From positions 17,119,653 through 17,183,652 of the forward strand of contig NC_134028.1 of assembly GCF_964204645.1 (NCBI RefSeq): DNA of 64,000 bases, written 5' to 3'. The notes beneath the pieces are model-generated. The model saw only the letters and a list, made by a program, of their open reading frames with translations, was not told the DNA's origin and did no database searches. Numbering within the stretch: position 1 is the stretch's first letter; each line of letters opens with the position of its first letter. Of this stretch, positions 12,301-26,320 are shown piece by piece. This stretch comes from Tubulanus polymorphus (lineage: Eukaryota > Animalia > Nemertea). The translations under genes and the position numbers were made by a program.

Positions 12301-14219
12301 ATTATTTTGGTTTTGTCGCCCCCACAATTCTTTTTTTGGTTTTGTCGCCCGCGACAATTCATTAGTTTGGTTTTGTCGCCGGCGACAATTCATTATTTTG
12401 GTTTTGTCCCCCGTGACAATTCACCATTTTGGTTTTGTCGCCCGCGACAATTCACCGTTTTGGTTTTGTCACCCGCGACAATTCATTATTTTGGTTTTAT
12501 CGCCCGCGACAATTCATTATTTTGGTTTTGTCGCCCCGACAATTCTTTTTTTTGGTTTTGTCGCCCGCGACAATTCATTATTTTAGTTTTATCGCCCGCG
12601 ACAATTCAATATTTTGGTTTTGTCGCCAGCGACAATTCACCATTTTGGTTTTGTCGCGCGCGACAATTCACCGTTTTGGTTTTGTCACCCGCGACAATTC
12701 ATTATTTTTGTTTTATCGCCCGCGACAATTCATTATTTTGGTTTTGTCGCCCGGGATAATTCTTGTTTTTGGTTTTGTCGCCCGCAACAATTCATTATTT
12801 TGGTTTTATCGCCCGCGATAATTCATTATTTTGGTTTTATCGCCCGCGACAATTCATTTTTTGGATTTGTCGCCCACGACAATTCAATATTTTGGTTTTA
12901 TCGCCCGCGACAATTCATTATTTTGGTTTTATCGCCCGCGACAATTCATTATTTTGGTTTTGTCACCCGAGACAATTCATCATTTTGGTTTTATCGCCCG
13001 CGACAATTCATTATTTTGGTTTTGTCCCCCGCGACAATTCACCATTTTGGTTTTGTCGCCTGGACAATTCACCATTTTGGTTTTGTCGCCCGCGACGATT
13101 CATTATTTTGGTTTTGTCGCCCCCACAATTCTTTTTTTGGTTTTGTCGCCCGCGACAATTCATTAGTTTGGTTTTGTCGCCGGCGACAATTCATTATTTT
13201 GGTTTTGTCGACCGCGACAATTCACCATTTTGGTTTTGTCGCCTGGACAATTCACCATTTTGGTTTTGTCGCCCGCGACGATTCATTATTTTGGTTTTGT
13301 CGCCCCCACAATTCTTTTTTTGGTTTTGTCGCCCGCGACAATTCATTAGTTTGGTTTTGTCGCTTGCGACAATTCATTACTTTGGTTTTGTCGCCCGCGA
13401 AAATTCAATATTTTGGTTTTATCGCCCACGAAAATTCACTACTTTGGTTTTATCGCCAGCGACAATTCATTATTTTGGTTTTGTCGACCGCGACAATTCA
13501 TTATTTTGGTTTTATCGCCCGCGACAATTCATTTTTTGGATTTGTCGCCCACGACAATTCAATATTTTGGTTTTATGGCCTGCGACAATTCATTATTTTA
13601 TCAATTCATTTTTTGGATTTGTCGCCCACGACAATTCAATATTTTGGTTTTATCGCCCGCGACAATTCATTGTTTTGGTTTTATCGCCCGCGACAATTCA
13701 TTATTTTGGTTTTGTCGCACACGACAATGGCGACAATTCAATATTTTGGTTTTATCGCCCGCGACAATTCATTGTTTTGGTTTTATCGCCCGCGACAATT
13801 CATTATTTTGGTTTTGTCGCACACGACAATGGCGACAATTCAAGATTTTGGTTTTATCGCCCACGACAATTCAATATTTTGGTTTTATCGCCCGCGACAA
13901 TTCATTATTTTGATTTTATCGCCCGCGACAATTCATTATTTTGGTTTTGTCGCCCCGACAATTCTTTTTTTTGGTTTTGTCGCCGGCGACAATTCATTAG
14001 TCTGGTTTTGTCGCCCGCGACAATTCAATATTTTGGTTTTATCGCCCGCGACAATTCATTATTTTGGTTTTGTCGCACGCGACAATAGCGACAATTCAAT
14101 ATTTTGGTTTTATCGCCCGCGACAATTCATTTTTTGGATTTGTCGCCCACGACAATTCAATATTTTGGTTTTATCGCCCGCGACAATTCATTATTTTGGT
14201 TTTATCGCCCGCGACAATT
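9378..14219. repeat. Tandem duplication of a 2392-bp block (2 copies)
   Basis: ORF pairs 9597/11989, 10037/12429, 10222/12614, 10371/12763, 11021/13413 and 11672/14064 are all offset by 2392. One visible difference: a pure T run near 10313 versus tttttgtttt near 12705. Confidence 0.93.
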
Positions 14220-15245
14220 TTTTTCTCTTTTTGTCGCGGTTTTATCGCCTGCGACACTTCAATATTTTGGTTTTATCGCCCGCAACAATTCATTATTTTG
14301 GTTTTATCGCCCGCGACAATTCATTATTTTGGTTTTGTCACCCGAGACAATTCATCATTTTGGTTTTATCGCCCGCGACAATTCATTATTTTGGTTTTGT
14401 CCCCCGTGACAATTCACCATTTTGGTTTTGTCGCCTGGACAATTCACCATTTTGGTTTTGTCGCCCGCGACGATTCATTATATTGGTTTTGTCGCCCCCA
14501 CAATTCTTTTTTTGGTTTTGTCGCCCGCGACAATTCATTAGTTTGGTTTTGTCGCTTGCGACAATTCATTATTTTGGTTTTGTCGCCCGCGAAAATTCAA
14601 TATTTTGGTTTTATCGCCCACGACAATTCACTACTTTGGTTTTATCGCCAGCGACAATTCATTATTTTGGTTTTGTCGACTGCGACAATTCATTATTTTG
14701 GTTTTATCGCCCGCGACAATTCATTTTTTGGATTTGTCGCCCACGACAATTCAATATTTTGGTTTTATGGCCTGCGACAATTCATTATTTTATCAATTCA
14801 TTTTTTGGATTTGTCGCCCATGACAATTCAATATTTTGGTTTTATCGCCCGCGACAATTCATTATTTTGGTTTTGTCGCACACGACAATGGCGACAATTC
14901 AAGATTTTGGTTTTATCGCCCACGACAATTCAATATTTTGGTTTTATCGCCCGCGACAATTCATTATTTTGGTTTTATCGCCGCGACAATTTTTTTCTCT
15001 TTTTGTCGCGGTTTTATCGCCTGCGACACTTCAATATTTTGGTTTTATCGCCCGCAACAATTCATTATTTTGGTTTTGTATTTTGTTTTTGTCGTCCGCG
15101 ACAATTTTTTTTAATGGTTTTGTCGCCCGCGACAATTCAATATTTTGGTTTTATCGCCCGCGACAATTCATTATTTTGGTTTTGTCGCCCGCGACAATTC
15201 ATTATTTTGGTTTTATCGCCGTGACAATTCATTATTTTAGTTTTA

Positions 15246-18200
15246 TCGCCCGCGACAATTCATTATTTTGGTTTTGTCGCACCGACAATTCTTTTTTTGG
15301 TTTTGTCGCCCGCGACAATTCATTAATTTGGTTTTGTCGCCCGCGTTAATTCATTAGTCTGGTTTTGTCGCCCGCGACAAATCAATATTTTGGTTTTGTC
15401 GCCCGGGACAATTCTTCTTTTTGGTTTTGTCGCCCGCAACAATTCATTATTTTGGTTTTATATTTTGTTTTAGTTGCCCGCGACAATTTTTTTTTTGGTT
15501 TTGTCGCCCACGACAATTCAATATTTTGGTTTTATCGCCCGCGATAATTCATTATTTTGGTTTTATCGCCCGCGACAATTCATTATTTTGGTTTTATCGC
15601 CCGCGACAATTCATTATTTTGGTTTTGTCACCCGAGACAATTCATCATTTTGGTTTTATCGCCCGCGACAATTCATTATTTTGGTTTTGTCGCCCGCGAC
15701 AATTCACCATTTTGGTTTTGTCGCCCACGACAATTCATTATTTTGGTTTTGTCGCCAGCGACAATTCACCATTTTGGTTTTGTCGCCCGCGACAATTCAC
15801 CGTTTTGGTTTTGTCACCCGCGACAATTCATTATTTTGGTTTTATCGCCCGCGACAATTCATTATTTTGGTTTTGTCGCCCCGACAATTCTTTTTTTTGG
15901 TTTTGTCGCCCGCGACAATTCATTATTTTAGTTTTATCGCCCGCGACAATTCAATATTTTGGTTTTATCACCCGCGACAATTCATTATTTTAGTTTTATC
16001 GCCCGCGACAATTCAATATTTTGGTTTTGTCGCCTGCGACAATTCAATATTTTGGTTTTATCGCCCGCGACAATTCATTACTTTAGTTTTATCTCCAGCG
16101 ACAATTCATTATTTTGGTTTTGTCGCCCGGGATAATTCTTGTTTTTGGTTTTGTCGCCCGCAACAATTCATTATTTTGGTTTTATCGCCCGCGATAATTC
16201 ATTATTTTGGTTTTATCGCCCGCGACAATTCATTTTTTGGATTTGTCGCCCACGACAATTCAATATTTTGGTTTTATCGCCCGCGACAATTCATTATTTT
16301 GGTTTTATCGCCCGCGACAATTCATTATTTTGGTTTTGTCCCCCGCGACAATTCACCATTTTGGTTTTGTCGCCTGGACAATTCACCATTTTGGTTTTGT
16401 CGCCCGCGACGATTCATTATTTTGGTTTTGTCGCCCCCACAATTCTTTTTTTGGTTTTGTCGCCCGCGACAATTCATTAGTTTGGTTTTGTCGCCGGCGA
16501 CAATTCATTATTTTGGTTTTGTCGACCGCGACAATTCTTCTTTTTGGTTTTGTCACCCGCGACAATTCATTATTTTGGTTTTATCGCCCGCGACAATTCA
16601 TTATTTTGGTTTTGTCGCCCGCGACAATTCACCATTTTGGTTTTGTCGCCCGCGACAATTCACCGTTTTGGTTTTGTCACCCGCGACAATTCATTATTTT
16701 GGTTTTATCGCCCGCGACAATTCATTATTTTGGTTTTGTCGCCAGCGACAATTCACCATTTTGGTTTTGTCGCGCGCGACAATTCACCGTTTTGGTTTTG
16801 TCACCCGCGACAATTCATTATTTTGGTTTTATCGCCCGCGACAATTCATTATTTTGGTTTTGTCGCCCGCGACAATTCATTATTTTGGTTTTGTCGCCCC
16901 GACAATTCTTTTTTTTGGTTTTGTCGCCGGCGACAATTCATTAGTCTGGTTTTGTCGCCCACGACAATTCAATATTTTGGTTTTATCGCCCGCGACAATT
17001 CATTATTTTGGTTTTATCGCCCGCGACAATTTTTTTCTCTTTTTGTCGCGGTTTTATCGCCTGCGACACTTCAATATTTTGGTTTTATCGCCCGCAACAA
17101 TTCATTATTTTGGTTTTATCGCCCGCGACAATTCATTATTTTGGTTTTATCGCCCGCGACAATTCATTATTTTGGTTTTGTCACCCGAGACAATTCATCA
17201 TTTTGGTTTTATCGCCCGCGACAATTCATTATTTTGGTTTTGTCCCCCGTGACAATTCACCATTTTGGTTTTGTCGCCTGGACAATTCACCATTTTGGTT
17301 TTGTCGCCCGCGACGATTCATTATTTTGGTTTTGTCGCCCCCACAATTCTTTTTTTGGTTTTGTCGCCCGCGACAATTCATTAGTTTGGTTTTGTCGCCG
17401 GCGACAATTCATTATTTTGGTTTTGTCCCCCGTGACAATTCACCATTTTGGTTTTGTCGCCCGCGACAATTCACCGTTTTGGTTTTGTCACCCGCGACAA
17501 TTCATTATTTTGGTTTTATCGCCCGCGACAATTCATTATTTTGGTTTTGTCCCCCGCGACAATTCACCATTTTGGTTTTGTCGCCTGGACAATTCACCAT
17601 TTTGGTTTTGTCGCCCGCGACGATTCATTATTTTGGTTTTGTCGCCCCCACAATTCTTTTTTTGGTTTTGTCGCCCGCGACAATTCATTAGTTTGGTTTT
17701 GTCGCCGGCGACAATTCATTATTTTGGTTTTGTCGACCGCGACAATTCTTCTTTTTGGTTTTGTCGCCCGCGACAATTCATTATTTTGGTTTTGTCGCCC
17801 GCGACAATTCACCATTTTGGTTTTGTCGCCCACGACAATTCACCATTTTGGTTTTGTCGCCCGCGACAATTCACCGTTTTGGTTTTGTCACCCGCGACAA
17901 TTCATTATTTTGGTTTTATCGCCCGCGACAATTCATTATTTTGGTTTTGTCGCCCGCGACAATTCACCGTTTTGGTTTTGTCGCCCACGACAATTCATTA
18001 TTTTGGTTTTGTCGCCAGCGACAATTCACCATTTTGGTTTTGTCGCGCGCGACAATTCACCGTTTTGGTTTTGTCGCGCGCGACAATTCACCGTTTTGGT
18101 TTTGTCACCCGCGACAATTCATTATTTTTGTTTTATCGCCCGCGACAATTCATTATTTTGGTTTTGTCGCCCGGGATAATTCTTGTTTTTGGTTTTGTCG

Positions 18201-21200
18201 CCCGCAACAATTCATTATTTTGGTTTTATCGCCCGCGATAATTCATTATTTTGGTTTTATCGCCCGCGACAATTCATTTTTTGGATTTGTCGCCCACGAC
18301 AATTCAATATTTTGGTTTTATCGCCCGCGACAATTCATTATTTTGGTTTTATCGCCCGCGACAATTCATTATTTTGGTTTTGTCACCCGAGACAATTCAT
18401 CATTTTGGTTTTATCGCCCGCGACAATTCATTATTTTGGTTTTGTCCCCCGCGACAATTCACCATTTTGGTTTTGTCGCCTGGACAATTCACCATTTTGG
18501 TTTTGTCGCCCGCGACGATTCATTATTTTGGTTTTGTCGCCCCCACAATTCTTTTTTTGGTTTTGTCGCCCGCGACAATTCATTAGTTTGGTTTTGTCGC
18601 CAGCGACAATTCATTATTTTGGTTTTGTCGACCGCGACAATTCTTCTTTTTGGTTTTGTCGCCCGCGACAATTCATTATTTTGGTTTTGTCGCCCGCGAC
18701 AATTCACCATTTTGGTTTTGTCGCCCGCGACAATTCACCATTTTGGTTTTGTCGCCCGCGACAATTCACCGTTTTGGTTTTGTCACCCGCGACAATTCAT
18801 TATTTTGGTTTTATCGCCCGCGACAATTCATTATTTTGGTTTTGTCGCCCGCGACAATTCACCATTTTGGTTTTGTCGCCCGCGACAATTCACCGTTTTG
18901 GTTTTGTCACCCGCGACAATTCATTATTTTGGTTTTATCGCCCGCGACAATTCATTATTTTGGTTTTGTCGCCAGCGACAATTCACCATTTTGGTTTTGT
19001 CGCGCGCGACAATTCACCGTTTTGGTTTTGTCACCCGCGACAATTCATTATTTTGGTTTTATCGCCCGCGACAATTCATTATTTTGGTTTTGTCGCCCGC
19101 GACAATTCATTATTTTGGTTTTGTCGCCCCGACAATTCTTTTTTTGGTTTTGTCGCCGGCGACAATTCATTAGTCTGGTTTTGTCGCCCACGACAATTCA
19201 ATATTTTGGTTTTATCGCCCGCGACAATTCATTATTTTGGTTTTATCGCCCGCGACAATTTTTTTCTCTTTTTGTCGCGGTTTTATCGCCTGCGACACTT
19301 CAATATTTTGGTTTTATCGCCCGCAACAATTCATTATTTTGGTTTTATCGCCTGCGACAATTCATTATTTTGGTTTTATCGCCCGCGACAATTCATTATT
19401 TTGGTTTTGTCACCCGAGACAATTCATCATTTTGGTTTTATCGCCCGCGACAATTCATTATTTTGGTTTTGTCCCCCGTGACAATTCACCATTTTGGTTT
19501 TGTCGCCTGGACAATTCACCATTTTGGTTTTGTCGCCCGCGACGATTCATTATTTTGGTTTTGTCGCCCCCACAATTCTTTTTTTGGTTTTGTCGCCCGC
19601 GACAATTCATTAGTTTGGTTTTGTCGCCGGCGACAATTCATTATTTTGGTTTTGTCCCCCGTGACAATTCACCATTTTGGTTTTGTCGCCCGCGACAATT
19701 CACTGTTTTGGTTTTGTCACCCGCGACAATTCATTATTTTGGTTTTATCGCCCGCGACAATTCATTATTTTGGTTTTGTCGCCCCGACAATTCTTTTTTT
19801 TGGTTTTGTCGCCCGCGACAATTCATTATTTTAGTTTTATCGCCCGCGACAATTCAATATTTTGGTTTTGTCGCCAGCGACAATTCACCATTTTGGTTTT
19901 GTCGCGCGCGACAATTCACCGTTTTGGTTTTGTCACCCGCGACAATTCATTATTTTTGTTTTATCGCCCGCGACAATTCATTATTTTGGTTTTGTCGCCC
20001 GGGATAATTCTTGTTTTTGGTTTTGTCGCCCGCAACAATTCATTATTTTGGTTTTATCGCCCGCGATAATTCATTATTTTGGTTTTATCGCCCGCGACAA
20101 TTCATTTTTTGGATTTGTCGCCCACGACAATTCAATATTTTGGTTTTATCGCCCGCGACAATTCATTATTTTGGTTTTATCGCCCGCGACAATTCATTAT
20201 TTTGGTTTTGTCACCCGAGACAATTCATCATTTTGGTTTTATCGCCCGCGACAATTCATTATTTTGGTTTTGTCCCCCGCGACAATTCACCATTTTGGTT
20301 TTGTCGCCTGGACAATTCACCATTTTGGTTTTGTCGCCCGCGACGATTCATTATTTTGGTTTTGTCGCCCCCACAATTCTTTTTTTGGTTTTGTCGCCCG
20401 CGACAATTCATTAGTTTGGTTTTGTCGCCGGCGACAATTCATTATTTTGGTTTTGTCGACCGCGACAATTCTTCTTTTTGGTTTTGTCGCCCGCGACAAT
20501 TCATTATTTTGGTTTTGTCGCCCGCGACAATTCACCATTTTGGTTTTGTCGCCCGCGACAATTCACCGTTTTGGTTTTGTCACCCGCGACAATTCATTAT
20601 TTTGGTTTTATCGCCCGCGACAATTCATTATTTTGGTTTTGTCGACCGCGACAATTCTTCTTTTTGGTTTTGTCGCCCGCGACAATTCATTATTTTGGTT
20701 TTGTCGCCAGCGACAATTCATTATTTTGGTTTTGTCGACCGCGACAATTCTTCTTTTTGGTTTTGTCGCCCGCGACAATTCATTATTTTGGTTTTGTCGC
20801 ACCGACAATTCTTTTTTTGGTTTTGTCGCCCGCGACAATTCATTAATTTGGTTTTGTCGCCCGCGTTAATTCATTAGTCTGGTTTTGTCGCCCGCGACAA
20901 ATCAATATTTTGGTTTTGTCGCCCGGGACAATTCTTCTTTTTGGTTTTGTCGCCCGCAACAATTCATTATTTTGGTTTTATATTTTGTTTTAGTTGCCCG
21001 CGACAATTTTTTTTTTGGTTTTGTCGCCCACGACAATTCAATATTTTGGTTTTATCGCCCGCGATAATTCATTATTTTGGTTTTATCGCCCGCGACAATT
21101 CATTATTTTGGTTTTATCGCCCGCGACAATTCATTATTTTGGTTTTGTCACCCGAGACAATTCATCATTTTGGTTTTATCGCCCGCGACAATTCATTATT

Positions 21201-24200
21201 TTGGTTTTGTCGCCCGCGACAATTCACCATTTTGGTTTTGTCGCCCACGACAATTCATTATTTTGGTTTTGTCGCCAGCGACAATTCACCATTTTGGTTT
21301 TGTCGCCCGCGACAATTCACCGTTTTGGTTTTGTCACCCGCGACAATTCATTATTTTGGTTTTATCGCCCGCGACAATTCATTATTTTGGTTTTGTCGCC
21401 CCGACAATTCTTTTTTTTGGTTTTGTCGCCCGCGACAATTCATTATTTTAGTTTTATCGCCCGCGACAATTCAATATTTTGGTTTTATCACCCGCGACAA
21501 TTCATTATTTTAGTTTTATCGCCCGCGACAATTCAATATTTTGGTTTTGTCGCCTGCGACAATTCAATATTTTGGTTTTATCGCCCGCGACAATTCATTA
21601 CTTTAGTTTTATCTCCAGCGACAATTCATTATTTTGGTTTTGTCGCCCGGGATAATTCTTGTTTTTGGTTTTGTCGCCCGCAACAATTCATTATTTTGGT
21701 TTTATCGCCCGCGATAATTCATTATTTTGGTTTTATCGCCCGCGACAATTCATTTTTTGGATTTGTCGCCCACGACAATTCAATATTTTGGTTTTATCGC
21801 CCGCGACAATTCATTATTTTGGTTTTATCGCCCGCGACAATTCATTATTTTGGTTTTGTCCCCCGCGACAATTCACCATTTTGGTTTTGTCGCCTGGACA
21901 ATTCACCATTTTGGTTTTGTCGCCCGCGACGATTCATTATTTTGGTTTTGTCGCCCCCACAATTCTTTTTTTGGTTTTGTCGCCCGCGACAATTCATTAG
22001 TTTGGTTTTGTCGCCGGCGACAATTCATTATTTTGGTTTTGTCGACCGCGACAATTCTTCTTTTTGGTTTTGTCACCCGCGACAATTCATTATTTTGGTT
22101 TTATCGCCCGCGACAATTCATTATTTTGGTTTTGTCGCCCGCGACAATTCACCATTTTGGTTTTGTCGCCCGCGACAATTCACCGTTTTGGTTTTGTCAC
22201 CCGCGACAATTCATTATTTTGGTTTTATCGCCCGCGACAATTCATTATTTTGGTTTTGTCGCCAGCGACAATTCACCATTTTGGTTTTGTCGCGCGCGAC
22301 AATTCACCGTTTTGGTTTTGTCACCCGCGACAATTCATTATTTTGGTTTTATCGCCCGCGACAATTCATTATTTTGGTTTTGTCGCCCGCGACAATTCAT
22401 TATTTTGGTTTTGTCGCCCCGACAATTCTTTTTTTTGGTTTTGTCGCCGGCGACAATTCATTAGTCTGGTTTTGTCGCCCACGACAATTCAATATTTTGG
22501 TTTTATCGCCCGCGACAATTCATTATTTTGGTTTTATCGCCCGCGACAATTTTTTTCTCTTTTTGTCGCGGTTTTATCGCCTGCGACACTTCAATATTTT
22601 GGTTTTATCGCCCGCAACAATTCATTATTTTGGTTTTATCGCCCGCGACAATTCATTATTTTGGTTTTATCGCCCGCGACAATTCATTATTTTGGTTTTG
22701 TCACCCGAGACAATTCATCATTTTGGTTTTATCGCCCGCGACAATTCATTATTTTGGTTTTGTCCCCCGTGACAATTCACCATTTTGGTTTTGTCGCCTG
22801 GACAATTCACCATTTTGGTTTTGTCGCCCGCGACGATTCATTATTTTGGTTTTGTCGCCCCCACAATTCTTTTTTTGGTTTTGTCGCCCGCGACAATTCA
22901 TTAGTTTGGTTTTGTCGCCGGCGACAATTCATTATTTTGGTTTTGTCCCCCGTGACAATTCACCATTTTGGTTTTGTCGCCCGCGACAATTCACCGTTTT
23001 GGTTTTGTCACCCGCGACAATTCATTATTTTGGTTTTATCGCCCGCGACAATTCATTATTTTGGTTTTGTCCCCCGCGACAATTCACCATTTTGGTTTTG
23101 TCGCCTGGACAATTCACCATTTTGGTTTTGTCGCCCGCGACGATTCATTATTTTGGTTTTGTCGCCCCCACAATTCTTTTTTTGGTTTTGTCGCCCGCGA
23201 CAATTCATTAGTTTGGTTTTGTCGCCGGCGACAATTCATTATTTTGGTTTTGTCGACCGCGACAATTCTTCTTTTTGGTTTTGTCGCCCGCGACAATTCA
23301 TTATTTTGGTTTTGTCGCCCGCGACAATTCACCATTTTGGTTTTGTCGCCCACGACAATTCACCATTTTGGTTTTGTCGCCCGCGACAATTCACCGTTTT
23401 GGTTTTGTCACCCGCGACAATTCATTATTTTGGTTTTATCGCCCGCGACAATTCATTATTTTGGTTTTGTCGCCCGCGACAATTCACCGTTTTGGTTTTG
23501 TCGACCACGACAATTCATTATTTTGGTTTTGTCGCCAGCGACAATTCACCATTTTGGTTTTGTCGCGCGCGACAATTCACCGTTTTGGTTTTGTCGCGCG
23601 CGACAATTCACCGTTTTGGTTTTGTCACCCGCGACAATTCATTATTTTTGTTTTATCGCCCGCGACAATTCATTATTTTGGTTTTGTCGCCCGGGATAAT
23701 TCTTGTTTTTGGTTTTGTCGCCCGCAACAATTCATTATTTTGGTTTTATCGCCCGCGATAATTCATTATTTTGGTTTTATCGCCCGCGACAATTCATTTT
23801 TTGGATTTGTCGCCCACGACAATTCAATATTTTGGTTTTATCGCCCGCGACAATTCATTATTTTGGTTTTATCGCCCGCGACAATTCATTATTTTGGTTT
23901 TGTCACCCGAGACAATTCATCATTTTGGTTTTATCGCCCGCGACAATTCATTATTTTGGTTTTGTCCCCCGCGACAATTCACCATTTTGGTTTTGTCGCC
24001 TGGACAATTCACCATTTTGGTTTTGTCGCCCGCGACGATTCATTATTTTGGTTTTGTCGCCCCCACAATTCTTTTTTTGGTTTTGTCGCCCGCGACAATT
24101 CATTAGTTTGGTTTTGTCGCCAGCGACAATTCATTATTTTGGTTTTGTCGACCGCGACAATTCTTCTTTTTGGTTTTGTCGCCCGCGACAATTCATTATT

Positions 24201-26320
24201 TTGGTTTTGTCGCCCGCGACAATTCACCATTTTGGTTTTGTCGCCCGCGACAATTCACCATTTTGGTTTTGTCGCCCGCGACAATTCACCGTTTTGGTTT
24301 TGTCACCCGCGACAATTCATTATTTTGGTTTTATCGCCCGCGACAATTCATTATTTTGGTTTTGTCGCCCGCGACAATTCACCATTTTGGTTTTGTCGCC
24401 CGCGACAATTCACCGTTTTGGTTTTGTCACCCGCGACAATTCATTATTTTGGTTTTATCGCCCGCGACAATTCATTATTTTGGTTTTGTCGCCAGCGACA
24501 ATTCACCATTTTGGTTTTGTCGCGCGCGACAATTCACCGTTTTGGTTTTGTCACCCGCGACAATTCATTATTTTGGTTTTATCGCCCGCGACAATTCATT
24601 ATTTTGGTTTTGTCGCCCGCGACAATTCATTATTTTGGTTTTGTCGCCCCGACAATTCTTTTTTTGGTTTTGTCGCCGGCGACAATTCATTAGTCTGGTT
24701 TTGTCGCCCACGACAATTCAATATTTTGGTTTTATCGCCCGCGACAATTCATTATTTTGGTTTTATCGCCCGCGACAATTTTTTTCTCTTTTTGTCGCGG
24801 TTTTATCGCCTGCGACACTTCAATATTTTGGTTTTATCGCCCGCAACAATTCATTATTTTGGTTTTATCGCCTGCGACAATTCATTATTTTGGTTTTATC
24901 GCCCGCGACAATTCATTATTTTGGTTTTGTCACCCGAGACAATTCATCATTTTGGTTTTATCGCCCGCGACAATTCATTATTTTGGTTTTGTCCCCCGTG
25001 ACAATTCACCATTTTGGTTTTGTCGCCTGGACAATTCACCATTTTGGTTTTGTCGCCCGCGACGATTCATTATTTTGGTTTTGTCGCCCCCACAATTCTT
25101 TTTTTGGTTTTGTCGCCCGCGACAATTCATTAGTTTGGTTTTGTCGCCGGCGACAATTCATTATTTTGGTTTTGTCCCCCGTGACAATTCACCATTTTGG
25201 TTTTGTCGCCCGCGACAATTCACTGTTTTGGTTTTGTCACCCGCGACAATTCATTATTTTGGTTTTATCGCCCGCGACAATTCATTATTTTGGTTTTGTC
25301 GCCCCGACAATTCTTTTTTTTGGTTTTGTCGCCCGCGACAATTCATTATTTTAGTTTTATCGCCCGCGACAATTCAATATTTTGGTTTTGTCGCCAGCGA
25401 CAATTCACCATTTTGGTTTTGTCGCGCGCGACAATTCACCGTTTTGGTTTTGTCACCCGCGACAATTCATTATTTTTGTTTTATCGCCCGCGACAATTCA
25501 TTATTTTGGTTTTGTCGCCCGGGATAATTCTTGTTTTTGGTTTTGTCGCCCGCAACAATTCATTATTTTGGTTTTATCGCCCGCGATAATTCATTATTTT
25601 GGTTTTATCGCCCGCGACAATTCATTTTTTGGATTTGTCGCCCACGACAATTCAATATTTTGGTTTTATCGCCCGCGACAATTCATTATTTTGGTTTTAT
25701 CGCCCGCGACAATTCATTATTTTGGTTTTGTCACCCGAGACAATTCATCATTTTGGTTTTATCGCCCGCGACAATTCATTATTTTGGTTTTGTCCCCCGC
25801 GACAATTCACCATTTTGGTTTTGTCGCCTGGACAATTCACCATTTTGGTTTTGTCGCCCGCGACGATTCATTATTTTGGTTTTGTCGCCCCCACAATTCT
25901 TTTTTTGGTTTTGTCGCCCGCGACAATTCATTAGTTTGGTTTTGTCGCCGGCGACAATTCATTATTTTGGTTTTGTCGACCGCGACAATTCTTCTTTTTG
26001 GTTTTGTCGCCCGCGACAATTCATTATTTTGGTTTTGTCGCCCGCGACAATTCACCATTTTGGTTTTGTCGCCCGCGACAATTCACCGTTTTGGTTTTGT
26101 CACCCGCGACAATTCATTATTTTGGTTTTATCGCCCGCGACAATTCATTATTTTGGTTTTGTCGACCGCGACAATTCTTCTTTTTGGTTTTGTCGCCCGC
26201 GACAATTCATTATTTTGGTTTTGTCGCCAGCGACAATTCATTATTTTGGTTTTGTCGACCGCGACAATTCTTCTTTTTGGTTTTGTCGCCCGCGACAATT
26301 CATTATTTTGGTTTTGTCGC
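15246..26320. repeat. Near-perfect tandem duplication of a 5520-bp block (2 copies, about 178 monomers each)
   Basis: Sequence lines 92 rows apart match (e.g. 15301 vs 20821, 19141 vs 24661), and ORFs from 15365 to 20478 recur at +5520. The only difference noticed is C17984 vs A23504. Confidence 0.96.
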
